Origin: a virus
Virus record (IMG/VR): IMGVR_UViG_3300045988_129084
Length of the DNA stretch: 36,055 bases
Reading direction: 5' to 3' (one strand)
Below the pieces are notes generated by a model that searched no databases, was not told the origin of the DNA, and saw only the letters and a program-made list of their open reading frames with translations. This document shows, in pieces, positions 31,579-36,055 of this stretch. How positions within the stretch are numbered: position 1 is the first letter of the stretch; every line of letters starts with the position of its first letter. A program made the translations under genes and the position numbers.

Positions 31579-33252
31579 ATGGACATACTGGCAGCATTGC
31601 CGAAAACGCCGGGAATGGCCCCGGAAGCGCTGTGGGCGTGGCTGAAACGCAACGGGAAAGTACACCCGCAAGAACTGATTCGGTACAAAACCACAAAGCT
31701 GGCCGACCCCCTAACGGGCATACGGGAAAAATATGCAGCCTGCAACTGCACGGCCTGCGGGGAATCGTGGCATACAACAATAGCATTGCCGGGTGAGGGC
31801 GGCGTATACCCGTACTTTGACACCGAAGAAGGGCCGAGACGCAACGGTGAAACAATACACTGCCCGAACTGCGGCACGGCGGCGCTGGTGGCGCACGAAA
31901 AGCGCCTTGACCGCTGGCCCATCGTAAAGAAGGCATACCCATGGGAAATCCGCGAAGCGGACGGCTGTGTTATGTTTATCTGCTGGGCCGTAATTCACGA
32001 AACCGGGTACGACTGGGAAAGCACAATCGTGGAGCAGCGCAACGCCTATGTTATCGACCCCGGCGGGCACTGGCACCGATTCACGGCAATGGACCGCAGC
32101 GGCTATTCCAGTATGTCAACTATGTATTATACGGGCTGCTGGTACGAAATGGCCCGCTTCCAGGTTGCCGACGGCAATTTTTCAGCAATCCTTCCGCACC
32201 CTGCCGACGTGTACGAGGGTACACCGCTGGAAAACGCAAAGCTGGAACTGCTGGAAGAACAGGCGCAGGGCATTGACCTGCTACACTATGCCCGGATATA
32301 TATGCGGCACCCGGAAATTGAAAACATTGCCCGCAACAGCCCGGCACTGTGCGCGGCGCTGGTTGGCTTGACCGCCGGCCAAAACGGCGGCCTGTCCGTC
32401 ACCGGCCTGGACTGGGTAAACTGGAAGGCGAAGAAGCCGCACGAAGCCTTGTACATGAGCAAACCGGAATACAAGGCCGCCAGCAAAGCCCAAGGCCGCA
32501 GAGCGCGGGACATTGGGGTGCAGCAACACGCCGTTGCCGTCTGCCTGCGCAACGGGGCGCCCAGGGAGTACGCCAACACGCTGGGCGGCGAAGGGGTGGC
32601 TTTTGCGGACAAGTACAAGAACCTTTGGACTGTGCAGCGCTTCGGCCTGGTGCGCGTATGGAACTACATACGGAAGCAACAAGAGAGTGCCCGCAAAATT
32701 CACAGCATAGGCGGCACGGTGGGCTTTTGTGTGGACTACTGGAAAGACGCAGAACGCGCGGGCCTTGACCTTAAAAGCGAAGTTGTGGCCTTCCCGCACA
32801 GCGTAACCGAAGCCCAGGCCCGGGCAACGGCTGCAATCCGTTACAAGGAAGACGCAGCCCTGCGCGGCAAATTCGAGAAAATGGCAAAGCGCCTGCAAGC
32901 ACTGTGCTGGGAATACATGGGGCTTATTATCACCCCGGCGGAATCCGAAGAACAGCTGATCCTTGAAGGCAAGGCGCTGGGCCATTGCGTCGGCGGCTAT
33001 GGCAAGGCGCATTGCAACGGCGAAAGCATTTTCTTTATCCGACGCACCGAAAGCCCCAGAGAATCCTATTTCACGTTGCAGCTGGACACGGCCACGGGCA
33101 AGGTTTTGCAGAACCGTGGTCGGCACAACTGCGCAAGAACCCCAGAAGTGGAAGCATTTGAACAGGCATGGCTTTGCCAAGTCGTCAAGCCATGGCTGGA
33201 CCACAAACAGAAGACCGTAAATCCGAACCACGCCAAGACGGCGGCAGCATAA
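31579..33252 (+). CDS. PcfJ-like protein
   Basis: 557 aa with RBS AAGGGGG. C-terminal LILEGKALGHCVGGYGKAHCNGESIFFIRR matches the PcfJ-domain signature by recognition. N-terminal Cys pairs (CNCTACG...CPNCG) are also present. Confidence 0.65.
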   Translation: MDILAALPKTPGMAPEALWAWLKRNGKVHPQELIRYKTTKLADPLTGIREKYAACNCTACGESWHTTIALPGEGGVYPYFDTEEGPRRNGETIHCPNCGTAALVAHEKRLDRWPIVKKAYPWEIREADGCVMFICWAVIHETGYDWESTIVEQRNAYVIDPGGHWHRFTAMDRSGYSSMSTMYYTGCWYEMARFQVADGNFSAILPHPADVYEGTPLENAKLELLEEQAQGIDLLHYARIYMRHPEIENIARNSPALCAALVGLTAGQNGGLSVTGLDWVNWKAKKPHEALYMSKPEYKAASKAQGRRARDIGVQQHAVAVCLRNGAPREYANTLGGEGVAFADKYKNLWTVQRFGLVRVWNYIRKQQESARKIHSIGGTVGFCVDYWKDAERAGLDLKSEVVAFPHSVTEAQARATAAIRYKEDAALRGKFEKMAKRLQALCWEYMGLIITPAESEEQLILEGKALGHCVGGYGKAHCNGESIFFIRRTESPRESYFTLQLDTATGKVLQNRGRHNCARTPEVEAFEQAWLCQVVKPWLDHKQKTVNPNHAKTAAA

Positions 33253-33267
33253 CAGGAGGAACAGACA

Positions 33268-34302
33268 ATGGAAGACACGAAGCAGCTTACCCTTGTGGGA
33301 AATGAAACGCCGGAGCAGGCGGAAGCCATCGGCCTGCACTATGAAATCGTGAGCGCCGCACAGGCCGCCGCCAGCAGCCTGCTTGACCTGGGCCGCAAAC
33401 TAAAGCGTATGCGCGACAGCGGCAAATATAAGGCGCTGGGCTTTGAGACCTTCGGAGACTACACAGAGCAGGCCGTCCACATTCGCCAGCGCCAGGCTTA
33501 TACTTACATCAGCGTTGTGGAGAAGCTACCCGCGCAGCTTATTGAAGAAAACGCGGCGGCGGGCGTTACGAAGCTGGCACTGCTGGCAAAACTGGGACCG
33601 CAGGACCGGGAAGAAGTGGCCGGAGACCTGGCAAATATCACCGTTACCGAGTTGCAAAAGCTGATTGACGAAAAGAACGACATGGCCGAGCAGCTTTCCC
33701 TTCTGTCCGCGCCGCCTGCCGCCGAAGCGGAAGCCCATGAAGTTGACGTTGAAGCCGAATTGAAAAAGGCCACCGACCAGGCACGCGCGGAAGCCGAAGC
33801 CAAAGCGGCGGCAGACCTGGAAGCCCTGCGAGAGCAGCACCGCAAGGAACTGGAAGAATCCGAAGCCAAGCAGGAAGAACGACTCCAGACAGCCCGGCGG
33901 GAAGCTGAAAAGGCCGCCGCCGAGAAAATCCGCCAAGCCAAGCGGGACGCAGAAGCCGACGCGGTAAGGCGTGAAGCAGAAGCCGCAGACAAGGCCCGCA
34001 AAGCCGCCGAACGGACGCAGAAGGAAAGAGACCGCGCCGAACTGGAAAAGGCCCAGCAGGCCGCCGCAGAAGCCCAGGAACAGGCCGAAGCCCTGCAAAA
34101 GAAATTGGGAATTCAGCAAAGCCCGGCGGGCGCGAAGTTTGCCCTGCTGTTTGAGGACGTACAGCAAAAGGCAGCGGCAATTATGGACCTGGCCGACGAA
34201 ATGCGCGACGGCGGGCAGCAGGAACTTGCGGACAAATTCACCGGAGCGCTGGCCGCTGCGCTTCGGGCGCTGGCTGACCAGGCCGAAGGGGGCGAAGCAT
34301 AA
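33268..34302 (+). CDS. DUF3102-like protein with a long Glu/Ala/Lys-rich coiled coil
   Basis: 344 aa with RBS AGGAGG. The N-terminal region ...LGRKLKRMRDSGKYKALGFETFGDYTEQAVHIRQRQAYTYISV resembles DUF3102. Confidence 0.65.
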   Translation: MEDTKQLTLVGNETPEQAEAIGLHYEIVSAAQAAASSLLDLGRKLKRMRDSGKYKALGFETFGDYTEQAVHIRQRQAYTYISVVEKLPAQLIEENAAAGVTKLALLAKLGPQDREEVAGDLANITVTELQKLIDEKNDMAEQLSLLSAPPAAEAEAHEVDVEAELKKATDQARAEAEAKAAADLEALREQHRKELEESEAKQEERLQTARREAEKAAAEKIRQAKRDAEADAVRREAEAADKARKAAERTQKERDRAELEKAQQAAAEAQEQAEALQKKLGIQQSPAGAKFALLFEDVQQKAAAIMDLADEMRDGGQQELADKFTGALAAALRALADQAEGGEA

Positions 34303-34586
34303 TGCAGCAGTTATTCGTGCAAGGGTTTGTTTGCACCCTGCGCCTACTTGCAGGGCTGGCGGGCGCGCTGGCCGCGCTGGCCGTCGTCCTGCTGGCGGCC
34401 TGGCTGATTGTTCGCGCACTGGGCAGGCTGGCCGCTGCCGCCTTCGACGGAGCAACCGCCGCGCTGGCAAAGCTATGGAACAGGACGGGCTACAAACCGA
34501 AAACCAAATGGGGGCGGGTAATCGCCGCAGGGGGGCAAACAGGTGGAGAGCGCAAAGAAAAAAGAGATTCTGAACAGCTACCTTGA
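34302..34586 (+). CDS. Hypothetical membrane protein
   Basis: 94 aa. TAATG overlap with the upstream stop. One long hydrophobic segment (LLAGLAGALAALAVVLLAAWLIV). High GC makes this call less secure. Confidence 0.45.
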   Translation: MQQLFVQGFVCTLRLLAGLAGALAALAVVLLAAWLIVRALGRLAAAAFDGATAALAKLWNRTGYKPKTKWGRVIAAGGQTGGERKEKRDSEQLP

Positions 34587-34959
34587 AGCGTTGAAAGAGT
34601 GGCGTTACTGGAAGGACGAAACAGAACGGCTTATGGCAGCGGCCACCGGCGCTTCCCCTTCCCTGTCGGGTATGCCGCACGGCGGCAGTACAGGCACAAG
34701 CAAGGTTGAACTTGCCGCTGAATCTCTGGAAGACGCGCGCCGGGAACTGGCCGCAGCTGCCAACGCAATGAGCAAGGCGCGCCGCCAAGTGCTGGCCGTT
34801 ATCAAAACCGCACCGACAGCGGACCAGCGCATAGTCCTGCGCCGCCGCTATATAAACGGCATGAACTGGGAACAGATCGCGGAAGCCTGCGGGAAGTCGC
34901 GGCAATGGGCCACAATGACACACGGCGAGGCTTTGAAAAAAATATTTTTGACAAGTTAA
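34543..34959 (+). CDS. Late-gene transcriptional activator, DUF1492/RinA/ArpU-like (sigma-70 region-4-type HTH)
   Basis: 138 aa, GTG start with RBS GGGGG. ...SGMPHGGSTGTSKVE... is followed by DQRIVLRRRYINGMNWEQIAEACGKSRQWATMTHGEALKKI. It is the last early gene before the HNH/terminase block. Confidence 0.65.
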   Translation: MESAKKKEILNSYLEALKEWRYWKDETERLMAAATGASPSLSGMPHGGSTGTSKVELAAESLEDARRELAAAANAMSKARRQVLAVIKTAPTADQRIVLRRRYINGMNWEQIAEACGKSRQWATMTHGEALKKIFLTS

Positions 34960-35059
34960 AACCCGCATAACAGTGCGGAAAACGCGGCTTTTCACTTGTC
35001 AAAAGTTTACAAAACTTTACATTACTTGCTTTTTGTTTACATTCGGTTTGTGATATATT
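34946..35059 (+). promoter_or_regulatory. Candidate late-operon control region
   Basis: An 11-bp inverted repeat, TTTTGACAAGT (34946-34956) and ACTTGTCAAAA (34994-35004). Three TTTACA boxes at 35006, 35016 and 35036. An extended -10-like TGaTATATT at 35051-35059. Confidence 0.4.
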
Positions 35060-35067
35060 CAAACTGC

Positions 35068-35096
35068 AAAAGCCAGGCGGGAAAGCCTGGCTTTTT
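35068..35096 (+). terminator. Rho-independent terminator
   Basis: 11-bp stem AAAAGCCAGGC/GCCTGGCTTTT with loop GGGAAA, followed by a T-run. Confidence 0.7.
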
Positions 35097-35272
35097 CTAT
35101 ACCCAGAAAAGAAAGAAGGCGGGCCGCATAAAGAACACCAAAAAACAGAAAGAGAAAGAAAAACGCTGCGCCGCCTGCGTATGGCGCGACAGGAAAACGG
35201 CAACACCCCTTTGCGCACTGCCGCGCTGCATATACGAGGAACGAAAACCCCGGCGGGACAAAGTGAAACGCT

Positions 35273-35614
35273 ATGGCGAAGTATAACCCGGATTCGTGGC
35301 CCGCTGTATGGGTTTTGCAGTTGATTGCAAACGGCAACCTGCATAGCTTCTACACAAGCCGCGAATGGAAACGCCTGCGGCGGGAAGTATTAAAACATCA
35401 GCGCCGCCGTTGCTGGGATTGCGCACACAAAGCGCCGGCGGTGAATAAACGCGGCGTTACTGTACACCATGTCAAGCCGCTGCGCGAACGGCCAGACCTG
35501 GCCCTGTCCGAATACGACGAAGCCGGGAACATCAACCTTGTTTGCCTGTGCGCTTCCTGCCACTGGGACCGACACCACAAGCGGGCCGCACCTGCCACGC
35601 CGGAACGCTGGTAA
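35273..35614 (+). CDS. HNH endonuclease (terminase-associated)
   Basis: 113 aa. Motifs CWDCAHK...VHHVKPL...NLVCLCASCHWDRHH. It lies immediately upstream of terS/terL. Confidence 0.88.
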   Translation: MAKYNPDSWPAVWVLQLIANGNLHSFYTSREWKRLRREVLKHQRRRCWDCAHKAPAVNKRGVTVHHVKPLRERPDLALSEYDEAGNINLVCLCASCHWDRHHKRAAPATPERW

Positions 35615-35837
35615 TTTTACAGCATACCCCCCGCCCCGTGAAATCAAAATCCCCCGGCGGGCGGAGACCGAGGAACAGCCCCGACAAAGCCGCGAGGTTG
35701 CGCGCGCGAGGAAAAAATGGGCCAGCAAAAGGCCGCCAACAAATACGCCCGTGCGCGGGTACCTTATATCCGCAATTTTTAGGGGGTGCTGCAAAAAGCC
35801 GAAAAAATCACGCATTTTTGGAAAGAGGGTGCAGAAA

Positions 35838-36055
35838 TTGACGAAGAAGGAAAAGGAAATCCGGGCAAGCCTGGAAAAACAGCTGAAGGACTGCGGAGCC
35901 GATCTTCTGCACTATCAAGAACTTTTGGACGATTATATTTTTTTCTTCGGCATGGAGAGGAAAATGCAGGCCGCTGTAAAAAAACAGGGCTTGACCGTCA
36001 CCGCAGTAAGCGCAGCCGGGAAAGAATACGACAAGGAAAACCCCGCAATAAAGGC
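35838..36055 (+). CDS. terS: Terminase small subunit, 5' part (continues at 1..225 through the circular junction)
   Basis: TTG 35838 with RBS GAAAGAGGG 8 nt upstream. The frame runs into MERKMQAAVKK..., which is identical to 16..225. Confidence 0.75.
   Translation, partial: MTKKEKEIRASLEKQLKDCGADLLHYQELLDDYIFFFGMERKMQAAVKKQGLTVTAVSAAGKEYDKENPAIK
35937..36055. repeat. Terminal overlap (copy 2), identical to 1..119
   Basis: Same 119-nt string as bases 1-119. It lies inside the terS reading frame, so it marks circular closure or permutation, not an att site. Confidence 0.95.

Larger units (their letters stand above)
1..35936. mobile_element. Complete temperate siphovirus-like phage genome (one circular unit), HK97-type head, long non-contractile tail, serine-integrase lysogeny module
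   Basis: Full set of packaging, head, tail, lysis, lysogeny and early genes is present. An exact 119-bp terminal overlap closes the circle. No host genes are visible. Confidence 0.85.

Noticed and set aside
33690-34110. Repetitive-looking GAAGC/GCCGA-rich stretch, considered as a tandem repeat or array.
   Set aside because: It is in frame within 33268-34302 and encodes a Glu/Ala/Lys/Arg coiled coil (AEAEAKAAADLEALREQHRKELEE...). There is no fixed period and no spacer-repeat structure, so it is compositional bias in a coding region.
34996-35286. 96-aa track ORF across the late control region, considered as a normal CDS.
   Set aside because: Its N-terminal half is translated from AT-rich promoter and inverted-repeat DNA and runs through a strong terminator hairpin, with a TTG start and no RBS. 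Only the C-terminal Cys-rich part looks protein-like, so it is reported as a finding rather than a feature.
35716-35775. 19-codon mini-ORF (MGQQKAANKYARARVPYIRNF) with a GAGG box in the HNH-terS gap.
   Set aside because: It is too short and has no supporting evidence. The gap is more likely to hold packaging and regulatory DNA.
35937-36055. 119-bp terminal direct repeats, considered as attL/attR, LTRs or transposon ends.
   Set aside because: The repeat is exact, sits precisely at both window ends and is internal to the terS reading frame. That is the signature of circular assembly overlap or permutation, not of integration junctions.
1-36055. Scan for tRNA genes, CRISPR arrays, IS elements and toxin-antitoxin pairs.
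   Set aside because: I saw no cloverleaf-compatible segment with a GTTCRA T-loop in the intergenic gaps, no regularly spaced short repeats, no transposase-like ORF other than the phage serine integrase, and no obvious small two-gene TA cassette. An eye scan cannot fully exclude a tRNA.

Overview
The window is a complete, circularly closed genome of a temperate siphovirus-type phage with an HK97-like head module. Unit length is 35,936 bp. Bases 1-119 recur exactly at 35937-36055, and the small-terminase ORF reads through that junction. GC is high. The host is probably a Gram-positive Clostridia-type bacterium; this is an inference from GGAGG-type RBSs, a GH25 lysin, a TIGR01593-like holin, XkdX, a BppU-like protein, a large serine integrase and a DUF1492/RinA-like activator.

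Gene order on the + strand: terS/terL, portal, ClpP-like prohead protease, major capsid, head-tail joining genes, major tail, chaperone pair, tape measure, Dit, Tal, BppU-like protein, receptor-binding-type protein, DGR cassette, XkdX, GH25 lysin, holin. A minus-strand lysogeny operon follows (XRE repressor, DEDDh exonuclease-BRCT protein, large serine recombinase). After a divergent switch comes a long + strand early operon: cro-like gene, PP-loop/PAPS-reductase-like protein, many small unknowns, HD hydrolase, ASCH, DNA methyltransferase, HUH Rep-like protein, DUF1064, PcfK/PcfJ-like pair, DUF3102, late activator, HNH.

The stand-out element is a diversity-generating retroelement (DGR).
- A 142-bp variable region (VR 16459-16600) sits at the 3' end of the tail-tip gene 14954-16645.
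- A 142-bp template repeat (TR 16743-16884) lies 284 bp downstream.
- They differ at 14 positions, and 13 of these are TR adenines.
- A structured spacer and a YADD reverse transcriptase (17096-18376) follow the TR.
- No Avd-like accessory ORF is visible, the RT lacks the usual (I/L)GxxxSQ signature, and two intrinsic terminators lie between VR and TR.

Other points worth a second look:
- a consensus-promoter plus terminator unit that predicts a ~59-nt minus-strand sRNA upstream of the Rep gene;
- an exact 480-nt tandem duplication unit inside Tal;
- a likely -1 frameshift in the tail chaperone pair;
- a lysogeny-operon exonuclease-BRCT gene;
- a 19-nt palindromic motif present twice, at the integrase and methylase 3' ends.

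All functional calls come from motif and family recognition by eye. No database search was run.
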